A stretch of DNA of 63,813 nt, filler included, from Olpidium bornovanus S191 (GCA_017911155.1; 29 parts of 29 records of this genome joined end to end with filler, not necessarily neighbours in it); one strand, 5' to 3'. Positions 11,066 to 24,763 are shown, counted from the first letter of the whole stretch. The notes: generated by a model not told the origin, from the letters alone. Numbers and translations: made by a program.

Positions 11066-13084
11066 ATGGCGGGCGACGCCACCGCTGCCCGCGGTGGGCG
11101 CGTCGGTCGTCAGCCGCCCGTCGCTGCTGCGTCCTCACCCGGAAAGGACTTGGGTGGAGACGGGCCCGTCAGGAGCGACGACGTTGCACAGCCGCCGCGG
11201 AGCCCCGCACGTTCGGAAAGCGGCACCCAAACCACCTGCCAGTCGCTTCCGGCTTCGGGAGCTGCCGGCGAGAGCAGCGCTCGAGAGTCGAGAGCAGGCC
11301 GAAGCGTTTGGGCGCCCAGCGATGCCGCCGAAGGCAGGCAGGATTCGGCTTCCGCCGGCGGGCGAATGAGGGAGGACGATCCGGACCCCGGGCGAGGACT
11401 GGCAGTGGCAGACGGCGCGCCCTCGCAGCGGCCGCCGCCGACGTCCGGCTTCGCGTCCTCCCTGCCGTCAGCAAATGCGCGAGGCGCTGCCGGCCTGCCG
11501 TCGCACCCGGCGACGCCGCTGTGCCAAGTGGCGTGGCAGCACCTCGTCCACGCCGAGATCATCGCCGTGACGTCCGCGATGCGCAGGAACGCCCGGTGGT
11601 CCGGCGTGTCCATCGGAAACCTGGGAGACATCAGCGGTCCTGCGTTTGCCGGCGGCTTGCGGCGCACCGTTTTTGCTTCTGCTCTGAGGCGGCATTCGCA
11701 TGGACTGCACTCGACGGCGTACCCGGCCGCCGAGCAGGCTGCCCGGCAACGTCCTCAGCAACACCAGCAGCAACAGCAGCAGGTGGACAGGGCGAAGGTT
11801 GATCCGCCGTCGAGTCAGGAGGCGCCTGCAGCGGGCCCTTCCCCGCCGGCGAGGCAGTCTGCGCCGGTTGGTGCCTCGGCCGGACATTTGGCTGTTGGCA
11901 GCAGCCGTCCTTCGATCGCGAAGCCCGAGTCGCGTCCTTCTTATCCGCCGAACAGCTCCGTGACGGTGGCCACGTACCGAACACGCCGGAGTCCCTTAAT
12001 GGACTCGTTCTCTAACCTGAGAGCCGTTCTTGCGACAGTTGAAGGTGAAAACCGGGTTTCCTTCTGACCCCCTTTTGGGCCGATTACGATCGAACGAAAG
12101 CTCACTTTGCCCCCCGCAGATTTACGATCCATGGATGCACTGGTACTGCTCAGCCCGTTCTTGGATGTGATCCACTCCGGCGATACGTCTGGACCTATCA
12201 CGGGAGCCGCGCTGTCCAGCGTCGAGAAGTTTATTACCTACGGAATCATTGGTAGGAGAGCGAGAAAGATGATGTACTGGCGGAACGCGCTGGAGCTGCT
12301 TTGTTTTGATCCCGCTTGAGCGCTTGGTATGATGGTCGGTCGGCAGAGGAATATACGTAATATTGTCCTCTATGATATCCACGCTCGTCGCCAGCACCCG
12401 ACTTGGCCAACCTACAGGCCGCCATGACCGCGCTCGCGAGCGCGGCTACGAGGTGCAAATTTGAAGCAACTGACTCGGAATCGGACGACGTGGTGCTCCT
12501 CAAAATCCTGCACGTACTTCGGATCGCTCTCACTTCCAGCTGTGGTGATGTCCTCGGCGATCAGTCCGTGTGCCAGATGATTGAGACCGCTCTCAGCATG
12601 TGCTGTCAAGGTCGCCTTAGTGGTAAGTGGCAGGAACTCCGAGGACAAATTGCATGGATTTACAATTTGGTGTACCGTTCACGTATGCCGCATGCCAAAC
12701 ACGTTAGAGATGCTTCGCAAATCCGCCGAACACACGCTAATTGCCATGGTGCAAAGTCTTTTCAGGAGGTGCGCTGGAGGCCAAAAGCCATGGGGTCGCG
12801 CACACATGATGGGGAAAAAAAACTCTCTGGCCGTTCTGCCGGAGATGAGTGTGTGCGTGCGTGCGTGTGCGTGTGTGTGATGCCGTCCTTCTGACCTTGT
12901 TCACTGCGTATCGCAAGTAGGTTGTACTATATTGAAGGCGTTACGGCGGGCGCGCCACGGGTACATGGGGACCCTTCGATGGACCCCGTTCACGACGTCG
13001 TGGCCAGTCCAAGCGAAAGCGCATCCTCGAAAAGCCCCGTCGAATTATCGCTCTCGCAGCCGTTCGAACCCGCTTCACGGAAAC
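11066..13084 (+). CDS. GEA2: ARF guanine-nucleotide exchange factor, GBF1/Gea family, N-terminal DCB region (3' truncated)
   Basis: HAEIIAVTSAMRRNARW; LLSPFLDVIHSGDTSGPITGAALSSVEKF; CKFEATDSESDDVVLLKILHVL; VCQMIETALSMCCQGRLS; EMLRKSAEHTL across several GT-AG introns. Confidence 0.92.
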
Positions 13085-13671
13085 NNNNNNNNNNNNNNNN
13101 NNNNNNNNNNNNNNNNNNNNNNNNNNNNTTAATTAATTAANNNNNNNNNNNNNNNNNNNNNNNNNNNNNNNNNNNNNNNNNNNNAGAAATAGAAAAAAAA
13201 AAAAAAAAAAAAAAAAAAACAGAGAGAGATCTCGGCGGTTGGAGCTGTACAGCGTCGGCGACGCTCTCCTTCCTTGGCCAAAAGACGAACGGATCAAAAC
13301 GTGCTCTCTCTCCTCTTCAGAACAGCGGGGAAGTGGGGGATTAACTAAGGCGGAAAAAAAAAGAAATACCGGTCGTTTTCCGAGCTTTCTCCCCGCACTC
13401 TCGCCCGACCGTGCGCGCCACACACACACCCTCCGCGCGCACCTCCCAGAGAACCAAAAAAAAAAAAAATCAAAAAAAAAAAAAAAAATTAAACCCGCCT
13501 GCCTCAGGAAAAACGTCCCCCAGGTCAGCGTGTTCGGGCGCCCATTCTCGCTTTTGCAGCTGACAAGCGGACGGCCCACGTCGCAAGGTCGAAGCTCCCG
13601 AGCTCCGGGGGCCCACCTCCCCCCTCCCCCCGCCCACACCGAGAATCCGCGGCGGTCTGCCTGCTGCACCG

Positions 13672-15000
13672 ATGCCGCAGCCGAAGAAAAAAGGAAAGGC
13701 CGCGAAAAAGAAAGACGGCGGCGGCGGCGCTTTCGCCGCTCTGGCGTTTGAGGACGACGAAGTCGCCGCGGAGGAGGCGGCGGAGAAACCCGCCTCTCCT
13801 GAGCCGGAGGAACCCCCGTCTCCTGAGCCTGAGCAAGCCGCCGCCGTTCTTCCGGCGAAAAAACGAGGCAAGGCGAAGAAAGGGAAGAAGGGCAAAGCCG
13901 ACGACGAGCTGTTTCCCGACGACTCTGCTGCGGCCGAACAGCTAATTGAAGCGTCGACCACGGGCGAGGGAGACATGGACGGCGAAAACGTGGAAGCAGG
14001 ATTTGGCAAGAAGAAGAAAAAGGGAAAGAAAGACACGGGACGGAAGGCGATATCCGTCAAAAACGCCTTTGACATTCTCAACGCAGAAGGGTCAACGGAT
14101 GACAACGTCGGCTCAGAAGGAAAGGAGGCCGAAGAGACGGTTGAAGCTCTTCCCGAAAACCGTCCGGGAATCCAGAGTTTGAGCGGCGATGAAGGGGAAA
14201 CCCTTAAAAGCGAGATCAAAGGAAAGAAAAAGCCGAAGGAGTCCCGAGAAAGTCGGAAAGAGCGTTTAAAGAAGGCGAAGGAAGCGGATGCAGCGGCCGC
14301 CGGCAAGAACGAGCCGGAAGTACTTACGGGGGAGAACGCGAAATACGGCAATTCGGGCTTCGAGAGGTCGCAAGCCGCTGCATACGGTTATGCGTCAGGC
14401 CAGCCCCTCGGGCCGGAAGGCACCAATCCCGCTGACGCGATCGCGGTGACGGGGAACCTCGTTTCGGCGCAAAACAGCCGAGATTTGCAGGTCGACAAGG
14501 TGACTGTCCAGGCATTCGGCAAGCTCCTTATCAAGGAATCTGAGCTGAATCTGATCAACGGCAGACGATACGGCCTCATCGCGCCGAACGGGTCCGGCAA
14601 GAGTACGCTCCTGCACGCCATCGCTTGTGGACTTATGCCGATGCCTCGCGTCCTTGACGTGTACCTGCTCGACCGTGAATACATTCCCACGGAGACGACG
14701 GGAGAGCTCACATCCCTCGAGGCTGTGCTGGAGATCGTCGAACGCGAGAAGAACCACCTTGGAAAGGAGATGGAGGAGTTGTTGTCTGACGTGCATCTGC
14801 ACGCCGTGCGCATCGACGCCATTCAGAATCGACTAACCGAGCTTGAGGCCGAAGGCGCTGACCGACGCGCTCTATCGATCCTGAAGGGTCTTGGGTTCAC
14901 GGAAGCGCTTATCAGCACGAAGACGAAAGACCTCTCAGGTGGCTGGCGCATGAGAATTTCTCTCGCGCGGATTCTTTTCGTGCGGCCCACGCTCATCATG
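13672..15000 (+). CDS. ABC-F family ATPase (ABCF2/ARB1-like) with K/E-rich N-terminal extension (3' truncated)
   Basis: SRDLQVDKVT; RYGLIAPNGSGKSTLL (Walker A); LSGGWRMRISLAR (signature); no transmembrane segments. Confidence 0.9.
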
Positions 15001-16416
15001 NNNNNNNNNNNNNNNNNNNNNNNNNNNNNNNNNNNNNNNNNNNNTTAATTAATTAANNNNNNNNNNNNNNNNNNNNNNNNNNNNNNNNNNNNNNNNNNNN
15101 CATGCCGAAATACCAAAACTGGCAATCCTTGCCGCCAAAACTGGCCCGCTTGCTGACAAAGTTGGCGCGCCTCGCGACGCCTCCACCAAAGCCGGCGCCG
15201 TCGCCGTGTTGGTTGCCAATGTGTTTCCCGGTACGGTTGCCGAAGCAGAGATGCTCGGTGATGCGCTCTCTGGCTTCTGACCTGCTCTTTGATGAGCCTT
15301 TAACTATCAGCTGGGCAGCTTCCCTGTAGGGGAATTCCCCCCCAGGGAGTGCGTTCACAGGTGAACTCGTGCTTTACCATCACCAGACCAAGCACACCAA
15401 AAACAAAAGCCCGCGCTCCGTTCCCTGGCGGGTGAACGCTTTCGCGTGGACCGGATATGTGGATTGGCAGTCCCGCCATTTGTCTTGAACCTGCCCTCTC
15501 GACACACTTCACCTTAAACACTTTTATCGGAGAGCCCTTTACAATGCTCTGCAAAGCACATCCAATTACCGGCGCTTTTACCGAAGCCGGTGCCGCCTCC
15601 CGGGGAACGCTCCGACACGCCCTCGGCATAAGTTAGTTGCCGATGCAGAGGCAGACGCAGATGCAGATGCCGATTGCGTTTTCCTAGCGTACTCAATGGT
15701 GGGTTGGGCGACTTCCCCGGGGAGGGATGGGGAGAACCCCCTCCCCGAGGGGTGCGTCCACAGGTGAATTTGCGCTTCACCCTCACAAAAAAAAACACAA
15801 CTGCTTCCCACGCCCTCCTCTCCGCCTCTCGTGCTCAGCTCCCCGCTCCCTCGTCGCCATGGCGGCCACCAAAGTGGAAAATCGGCTCTCGTCGCCCGTC
15901 CCCGTGCCTCCCGTGACCGCCATCGGCTCTCGTTGCCCGTCCGCCACCCCTGGTCGTCGTGACCGCCGTCGGCCTCTGGCCATCCCAGTGCCTTCCCGGT
16001 GCTTCCCCGTGTTTCCTCCGTGACGCCCCCGTGCCTCCCCGGTGCCGCTCCCGTGCTCGTTTTCCGCTCTTTTACCGCGTTTTCTGCCGTCCCCAAGGCC
16101 ATGCCAAGTCGCCGCCATTGCCCCCAACCATTTTTGTGATCTGTACCCAAAGAATCGCTGCGAGCATAATTGAGTGACACTGTGATGCAGCAAAGCATGT
16201 GGGCCGCCAGCAATGTCTTACGCCAACGGACACAACACTGCTGCCGGTGAAAGATCGCAGAAAACTTTAAACCTCAACGTTATTTACCCCCAGAAAGATC
16301 AGTTATTGATGATTCCNNNNNNNNNNNNNNNNNNNNNNNNNNNNNNNNNNNNNNNNNNNNTTAATTAATTAANNNNNNNNNNNNNNNNNNNNNNNNNNNN
16401 NNNNNNNNNNNNNNNN

Positions 16417-16652
16417 AGTACAACCCGCTGCCGGTCGAGCAGCAGGTGTGCATCATCTTCGCGGGCGTCAACGGCTTCCTCGACAAGATCCCCGTGGCGC
16501 GGGTCGTCGCGTTCGAGAAAGCGTTCCTGCCTTACCTTGCCATCGAGCACAAGGGCCTTTTGGAAAAGATTCGCACAACCGGCGTCCTCTCCCCCGAGCT
16601 CGAGGCGGAGCTCCGGGAAATAACGCGCAAGTTCGCCGGCGGGTTTATGTGA
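16417..16652 (+). CDS. ATP1: Mitochondrial ATP synthase F1 alpha subunit, C-terminus
   Basis: YNPLPVEQQVCIIFAGVNGFLDKIPVARVVAFEKAFL...ELREITRKFAGGFM*. Confidence 0.92.
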
Positions 16653-16859
16653 GGATCAGATAATGGACAAATCACCCCGACGTCAGGTGTAAATATGAAA
16701 TCAACAAAAGTTCACGATTAGACCGGTTCTTTTCGGAACTGGGGCGAGCTTCCTCGGATACCCGGGATGCGGGGACGTGTTTCTGTTGCGCCGTGGCCCT
16801 TGTTTTGTTTTGTATACTGAACGGGTCTATAACCGTGGATCAAGCTCACTACGCCACGC

Positions 16860-17640
16860 AACTGCTCACGAAACACAATTTGCTAGAAGCGAGCCCGGTA
16901 AGTACAACCCTGGGACGCAAAGCCATGTACTTCCTTATGGACTAATAGACATTCGATACAGACGCGGCAAGATACATGGAGGTCATCGGTTTGATCCTTT
17001 GGTCGACGTCCATGACGCAACCGGACCTCACGTTTTGCCGTATTATTCCTCGCGCATTCTTACGCCAAGCCGACAACATCGCGTTGGGCAATGGCAGAAC
17101 GGGTAAATGCGCTACCTTAAAGGAGCTGCGCACCTCGGAATCCGCTACAATGGACCAAGCGAACTCGACACATTCAAAATGCACGGCGAATCGTCTGGGC
17201 AGGGTGCCGCGAGACCCGCGGCGTCGACCACCGGATTCGCGGGGAGACCAATCTCTTAACAATATGTGCTCGACAAAGATACGCGGCCACATCGTCATGC
17301 GAGGCCGAGTTTGTTGCTTGCTCCACAGCGGCACAGGAAATGAAATAGCTAAGGTCGCCCCCCCGGCAGCATCAACCCAGATGTCATCAAGGGAGCATCA
17401 CCCTTCTATATCGATAATGACGGAGCGGCTGAGCCAGCGGGGGACATCAAGGTATCAAAAAGATCTAAGCACATCGATACCAAGTTTCATCGTCCGAGGC
17501 AGTGTGCCGCGGATCGAGAGGTCCGGATCGAGCGCGTTGCCCCCCGCGGATAACCCCGGCTGACCTTCTCACGAAGCCATCAGACAGAGTGAAATTCGTA
17601 AAGTTCAGAACGACGCTCGGTATGCGGGGCAGCATGTCAA
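16860..17640 (+). mobile_element. Degenerate Ty1/copia RT-RNase H fragment (frameshifted)
   Basis: YMEVIGLILWSTSMTQPDL; RYLKGAAHLGIRYN; SSCEAEFVAC; IDNDGA; RSKHIDTKFH; DNP/ADLLTKP, spread over several frames. Confidence 0.88.
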
Positions 17641-18203
17641 ACGACAAACCGCCGGCAGACGCCGAGGAAAAGGTAGATTAAGGTGATGTTTCATAGATAG
17701 AGCGTGACCGTGGAGTATGATAAGCGAGGGCGCGTGATGCGGAGGAGTGTGGAAAGTAAGTGGGATAGAAGCTTAGGCCCAACCCGCGTGCATCGCGCGG
17801 CAAAAATTATCCCCTCCCCAATCCCCTGAAGAACCTCTAGGAATCCTGTACCATAAAAAAGGCTAGAACTCGAAAAGAGAAAATAAGGCTCCCTGCGGAG
17901 TCTCGTTCTACATTCCGCGCTCGGCGCAGCTTCCCCGTCTCGTCTCCCGCGTACGCGAATTCTTCTCGTCTTCCCACAACGGTGGGGGGAAGGGGAGGGG
18001 ACGAGCCGGGCTTTGCGGCGGCGGCGGGGGGGCGCGGGGGCGGGGGGAGGTGGGCGGGGGAGGTGGGGGGAAGGGCACGTTCGGGCTGAGTATAAATTTG
18101 ACGNNNNNNNNNNNNNNNNNNNNNNNNNNNNNNNNNNNNNNNNNNNNTTAATTAATTAANNNNNNNNNNNNNNNNNNNNNNNNNNNNNNNNNNNNNNNNN
18201 NNN

Positions 18204-18800
18204 CATGAACTGCTTCTTCGACAGCTGCTGCGGCTGCTCCGCCGGGTTGTTTCCGGCGCGGTACTGGGCGGAACATTTTTGCACCTTCTGCGTAGCTGCG
18301 GACCGAGGTTGAATAAGAAGGCGAACGGAGCCGTCAGACGGGGAAACTGCGACCGATAACGGGGGGCACGTTCAAAAGGGCGGCGTTCGTTTGACAAAAT
18401 GGTTTCAACGTCGTTGACTGACGGAGACGGGCTGCTTCTTGCTTGTAAGCGGCCAAATACCTTGCGGCGCGTGCGCTGCCGATCTGGACGACGCGAGCTG
18501 CGTCAATGCGAGGGCGTTTCCTGCTGCAGGTGACGACTGGGCGGGCCCGCCGACGCAGTCGGTGCGCGTGGCGAAATCGATCTGCGGGGGGTGACGGGAG
18601 GCGTCCAGCAATCCTTGGAGCGCGTAAGGCCTCTTGTCTGTCGCAGTCATGGGCCGCGACAGGCGGGTGATTGGCGGGAGGCCGGTGACAGGAGGACCTT
18701 TCTTATCTTCCTCGACCTTCTGATAAATTAGGAAGGCGCCCGCGGCGCGCCGCAACGAGGCCGCAAGCGTGCTGTCGGCGGAGCGCGTTCGCGCAAAGCT
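18204..18800 (-). CDS. Probable exons of an unidentified gene
   Basis: Open frames LRRAAGAFLIYQKVEEDKKG... and, after an AG acceptor, TQKVQKCSAQYRAGNNPAEQPQQLSKKQFM. No family recognised. Confidence 0.3.
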
Positions 18801-19137
18801 CGGGGTAAGCTCAGTCGACGACTTTCAGAGCACGCGCGCGCGCCCGCCCTCTCTCTCTCCTCGGCCGCCTCCTCCGCAGAGGAAGTGGGGGAAATGCAGG
18901 ACGTGCGCGCGGAAGGTCTTTTTTTCTTTTTTCGCCCGCAAACACGCGCGGCTGCTTTTTGCTCACCTCCTTCGCGGTTCGTCGCCCAACCGGGCCGGCG
19001 ACCTGACGTGTGAGAAGCCGGGCGGAACTGGGAGTTTTTTTCTTTCTTTCTTTTCTCTCTCTCTCTCTGTCTCTGTTTTTCTCAGGAGGCGAAGCGTACG
19101 GTAGCTTTCCGACTTTCCGCGAGCGGTTTTTTTTTTT

Positions 19138-19170
<33 letters not shown>

Positions 19171-19704
19171 CCCGCAGACAGGGCGAGAAAACAAAACCAG
19201 AAAGAAAGAAGGAAACGAAAACTCAGGTAAATAAACGCAAAACTCCGGCAAAAAAAATTGAAATATGCCCCCCCCCCCCCCCCCCCGTCGTCCCCGTGCC
19301 AGAAGGGGGAAAGGTGAGCCGGCGGTCCGCACGTGCCAAACCTCGCGAAACCCGCTTCTCCCGCGCGCCGGCCCTGGGCCGAGCCGGCCCTCACTCGTGC
19401 GCTCGCGCTCTTCCACCCTCCCCCACGCCCTTCCCCCGCCCCCCCTTCACCCCGTCGCCTCTCCCAGGAGCAGCCGGCAGTTTATATCGCAGGAGCGGGG
19501 GAAAGGGCGCGGGGGACCAAGTCCCGCGCCGCCATACTCCGGCAGAACGCAGGACGGAGGGCCGGTGCGCGCGGCGTGGGCGGAGACGGAAGGGCGTGGG
19601 GGGGNNNNNNNNNNNNNNNNNNNNNNNNNNNNNNNNNNNNNNNNNNNNTTAATTAATTAANNNNNNNNNNNNNNNNNNNNNNNNNNNNNNNNNNNNNNNN
19701 NNNN

Positions 19705-21924
19705 CGTCCCAGCCGTGCCCTCCACAAAGTCCAGAGGTCCCGAGATCCCAGTAAGCCAAAATTCTTCTCCATCGTTGTACAAGGCGAATCCAGGATCCCT
19801 ACCTGTCAATGTCCTGTCTTCCATGCCCTCCTGGAAGTTCCAGATCTTAATTGTGCTGTCGTCTGAAGCGGTCGCGAAGCGAGAATCAGTAGGTGAGAAC
19901 CTGAGGCGAGATTAAAAGAAAAAACAAACGAATAGGGCGCGTATGCGGGATCAGGACACCAGAAGATGCATGCGTGCGTCGCCGTTGCACGAAGGCCCCG
20001 GAGTCCGCATCAGATCAAACCCATCGAGTAAGGAAGACTTAAAAATTGCAAGCCTATAAAAAGCGGCATTCAAAAATTAAGCGCCACTCACGACAGGTCG
20101 CGAATCGCTTCCCGGTGGCCCTGAAACATCTTAAGGTTATTCATGTTTGATTGCCAGTACTTGATGACGCCGTTGTGGTCCGCGCTCACGAGCCAGTTGT
20201 CGTTGTGTGACCACCTCATCGCGCGCACAGCGACATCATGCGCCTGGCGGCATTCCGGCGAGAGCTATTAGTTCGCCAAATGAGGAAAGAGAGAAGAAGA
20301 CAATATGATGTATCGAACCTGAAGGATGGTTTCAAAATTGAACGTCATCCCGTTCCACAATGTAAATTCCCCTGTCGAGCAGCCGGTGATTAGCCGTCGG
20401 CCCTCCGGCGTCCACTGCAGGGGGTCAACAACATCAATAGGAAGCAGAAGAAAACAAATGTAAGACGAAGGCGCACATTCCGGGCCGCCAATACCGCAGC
20501 ACCTGTTCAACACACGCAAATGCTGGCTCGCCGCAGGAAAAAATGCGTAACACGGGGAGCAGGAAAGCAGCAAGTTGGTGATCGGACGCCAACATCACGG
20601 GATACTCACTCTAACCGCATTCACGGGGCACCTGACTTTGTTCGTTGACGTGTGGACAAATTTGGTGGCGCACGCTTCTATGGGCTTATGGACCATTGCC
20701 GCCGGAGGAAGCATCTAGTACGGGTAATGCGTTCCCACCGCACGCGATGTCGGCGGGGAAAAGGCAAGCGGGCGGAGGAACAAAGCGGGAGCCAAACGTC
20801 AGCAAGGAACGCGCGCTCAAAGCTGTCGGCGGGATCCCCTCCCTTCCTGGTGCCCGACAAAAATGTCCAAGAATCCGTCGGCGCGGCATACTGCTTTGCG
20901 CGCCCGCGCAATTACATCAAACAATGCAGGCGATCACATTTTGAAAACAGCCCACTGTTTTTTGTTATTTTTTTTAGGTTTCTTGCGGCCTTTTGTTTAT
21001 TTTATTCAAAGCCTCTATCTGTCGGCCAAGGCCTTGCTGGAAAAAGATACTGTATCTGAAACATCCCCGCACTAGAATACAATCAGACGCAGGGACGCAG
21101 CGGCAAAGGGATTTGTGCTGGAATGCAATTTTCCGTGTACCGCCGGAGAGCGGCAAACATTGTAAAAGGGTGGCTCACTGTCCGCACCGCGACAACCCCG
21201 TTGTGCAACTTACGTCGACCACAAAGTTTGCGTCAGGACGTAAAGCAGGATACTCGCGATGGTCCCGCACCCAGTATTGTATCTGAGAAAGCGCGGCGCA
21301 ACGGAAGCCAATTAGAGGCCTTGTCCCGACAACACGGAAGAGCATGCTCCCCAAACAGCTGGGGTTCTCGACAAGGTCTGTTTGCTGCTTTCGTCTTTTC
21401 GGGTTGGTCAAGCACACCTCCAAGTGCCTCGTTATGCTGGCATAGCAGTCCACCGTCCGCCTCGGCAAGCCACGCTTAGACCTCCTGCCGTCCCCGCCGA
21501 GCGCCCGCGCGAGCCGCTCCTCTTCCTTCAGCTCGCGCGGCCGCGGCTCCCGCTCCCCGGAAGCTGGGTCGGGTTTGGGCGGCGGCACGGGGGGCTGCGC
21601 CGACCGCGGCGGGGCAGTCGCTCGCGGGTTCTGGCGGAGCCGGCCGATCACGTGGTGGATGACGAGCGGTGGCGGCCGCTCTTCCCGCGGAACCTTGCGG
21701 TGCTTGGCGGGCGGCAGCGGGGGGGGGGACGTCCCGCGGCCGCCATTGTCACCGCGCGGACCGCCGTCCCGCCGCCGGTCGGCGTAGGAGCCGTCGCTCG
21801 GCCTCCTGCTCTCTCTCCTCCGCTTCCTGTCGGGCTGCGAAGCGGCAGAAGCGGCCGACGCCGCCCCGCTCGCGGAGCCGTCCAGGGCGCTGGCCGGTGG
21901 CGTCAGCGGAACCGGCGGGGCCAT
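19705..21924 (-). CDS. PFS2: Polyadenylation factor subunit 2 (WDR33/Pfs2), N-terminal WD40 region (3' truncated)
   Basis: Spliced [15 protein letters not shown]|[23 protein letters not shown]|MLPP...[19 protein letters not shown]|[32 protein letters not shown]|[22 protein letters not shown]. Confidence 0.93.
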
Positions 21925-22011
21925 TTGCGTGTGTTTCTGCGGCGGGAAAAGGTTGCCACGGCGTCCTTGTTGGGTGTGCGGCGGTTGCGCGGGGCGGAGA
22001 AGTCCGAAGGC

Positions 22012-22064
<53 letters not shown>

Positions 22065-22164
22065 NNNNNNNNNNNNNNNNNNNNNNNNNNNNNNNNNNNN
22101 NNNNNNNNTTAATTAATTAANNNNNNNNNNNNNNNNNNNNNNNNNNNNNNNNNNNNNNNNNNNN

Positions 22165-23137
22165 ATTTGGACTTGCCAGGAAGATCCGCCCTTGTGTCGT
22201 CTTTGTCGACGAGGTGGACGCGCTTCTTGGGGCACGCGGACCCCATATGCCGCGGTGGGCGTCGTCGGTTGTAAATGACTTCATGCAGGTACGTTCCATC
22301 ACCCCTCTGCCTCCATCACAACGGTGACGTGTTTGTTACTTCAGAATCGTCCCTGACCTCTGCCGTTGCTTCTCTTGCTCGTCCGTTTGCATCCGTTGAG
22401 CGCAGCAATGGGATGGTGTGGCGAAAAATAACGACGGCGTGATCGTCGTTGCGGCGACCAACCGACCGTTCGATCTTGACGACGCCGTTTTGCGTCGCTT
22501 GCCACGGAGGATTTTAGGCGGGTATACTCGCTTCAAAAACCAAAAACAAAAGGAGAAAGTTTAGAGAAATTTTTATCTGACCTTCCACCTTTCGTTGTTC
22601 CGGCCGACTTGATTGCACTCAGTCAATTTGCCGGACGACGCAGAGCGCGAGAAAATCTTGGCGCTTCAGCTAGAGGGCGAGACGATAGCGGATGAAGTCA
22701 CACTCGAAGCTCTCGCTAAGCGGACCAAGGGCTACAGCGGAAGCGATTTGAAGAATGTCGCAATCGCCGCCGGTAACGTTTTCGGCGAATCTGGGTCGTT
22801 CTGTCGGGTCTAACTTATCTTCTTGGCCACGATGGCTGACTCCTGCTATACTTCCCCCCCCCCCTCCCCTTACTCCCCTCCCCGTCCCTTCTCAAATTCT
22901 GTTCTCTCGTGCTCTTTCTGCCTGGCCAAACAAAAAGCCTTGAATGCGATTAGAGAGCAAAACGCCAAGCAGGATTCCACCCTCGCCCGCACCCTTCAAC
23001 TCCGGCATTTCGAGGCCGCCCTCAAGTCGGTCGTGCCCTCTATCAAGGCGGAAACTTCCGATCTAATGAAGCAGCTCCACGAGTGGAACGCTGTGTACGG
23101 CACCGGGAACAAAGCAGGCGGAATCGGCTTTGTGTAG
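22165..23137 (+). CDS. AAA+ ATPase, Msp1/ATAD1-spastin group, C-terminal part
   Basis: [12 protein letters not shown] (Walker B); [23 protein letters not shown]; GYSGSDLKN; WNAVYG...GIGF* terminus. Confidence 0.88.
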
Positions 23138-23773
23138 AGTGCCCGGGGAAGTTTGTCCCGCCTTTTTCTCCCCGCCCCCCCTCCCTCTCCCCCCCCACAC
23201 GTTGACGTAACAAAATACGCGCCGTTTGACCAAGAAATTGGCGGAATTCCATTTTGTGCGGCGGCCGTCTGCAAATTGCCAGAAGGGAAACCAGGTTATC
23301 CGAGGAAATGGTTGGCGGGACGTCTTAATTTGGCGCACGCACGCGCTGGAATGCAGACAGCCGAATGCAGGTCGCGGAGATTTGGTTGGGACCCGGGTTT
23401 GATGGGTGAGAGTGCAGGGACCCAAGACGTGAAATGGCAGGGACGTAATCAAGTTTAAGTTATTACACGTCGGCGGGCGCAGGGTGGGCCGGACCTCCAG
23501 CGCGGGGCGTCTCCGAGGGCGGTTCCGTTAAGATGGTTCGTGCCGGTTATGAATCAATTTTCCTCTATTTAGGCAGGGCTGCCCGCCCGCACCGAGATAT
23601 TTATGCCGCCAGGGAGTAACCCCGGCAGCTTGACCGTCGACGACGTCGCATCGGGGTACCGTTGTTCACACACTTTAAATATTCAGGACCAGCTTATATA
23701 ACATCAGCCGCCGAGTGATAGAAATGCCCCGGGGGCGAGTGGAGGTTGGGTGGGGGGAGCGGAGCGGAAGGCA

Positions 23774-23901
23774 TTATTTGATAGAGCGGAGTCGGGAACT
23801 GTTACTCGCAATGGTTGCCCCGGTCTTGTCGACCTTTTCGGACAGTCTTGTGATCGCCACGTTTTGGTTCTGGATCTCGCCGTTCATCGAGAGCGCCATG
23901 C
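23774..23901 (-). CDS. SEC9: SNAP-25/Sec9-type t-SNARE, C-terminal helix
   Basis: MALSMNGEIQNQNVAITRLSEKVDKTGATIASNSSRLRSIK*: a Q-SNARE motif at the C-terminus with no TM anchor. Confidence 0.65.
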
Positions 23902-24763
23902 NNNNNNNNNNNNNNNNNNNNNNNNNNNNNNNNNNNNNNNNNNNNTTAATTAATTAANNNNNNNNNNNNNNNNNNNNNNNNNNNNNNNNNNNNNNNNNNN
24001 NCATGGTGCAGGTCGGCTGCTGCCGCCAACGAAGCGGAAGGAGCATTTTTTTGGAATAAAAAAAGCCAAGAAGACCGGCCGTCCCGCAGAGACCTGTTGG
24101 CCAGTACGTCCCTGGTGAGAAATACAGCGCGCCACGCCGCCGCTATCAATTCCGGCGGCAAACGGAAGTCATTAACGACGTACCCTGCCGCACACTTTGT
24201 TCCGGGCCGCATTTCAAAACGAATAAAAATTGGCGGCCGGATGTTCTTTTATCTCCGGACGGGAATGGGCGTGGGATCACGGGGTTCCGGACCGTGGGGG
24301 CGGAAAGAAGGGGGATAGGATGTTGGGGGAGGTTTGCGGGGTTTGGTCAGGGAATTCTCCGAAGCCCTTCAAATGAAAAATTTCCGGTGTTTAAATGAGA
24401 AATTTCTGGTGTTTTTTTCACGCCCCGCTTAATTGGCCGCCAAAATTTCCCTGGCAACGGGGAAAATTTTTGTCGAACGAGGCCGCCTGACGGAACCGAA
24501 CGGAATGGGAAGGGGAGGGGGGGGGGGGGGGAAGAGGAAGAAGGGGCGCGACGCGGGCAATGGCGCAAAACGCCCGGCCGCGAAGGCGGGGCAGGGCGGC
24601 GCACTGGGGGTATATCTGAACCGAGGTTCTCCGGCCGCGCCGATGCTGTGTGCGAAGTCGCCATTTTTATTTTATTTTTTTTTGTTTGTTTGCCCGCGCC
24701 CGCGCGCGCGGTCTTTATATTCTTATATTCGCGGAACTCCCACACCCGCCCCCCCCCCCCGCA

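Noticed and set aside
14560-14610. ABCF Walker A reading APNGSGKST instead of GPNG
   Set aside because: Ala is allowed at the first position of the [AG]xxxxGK[ST] consensus; no evidence of inactivation.
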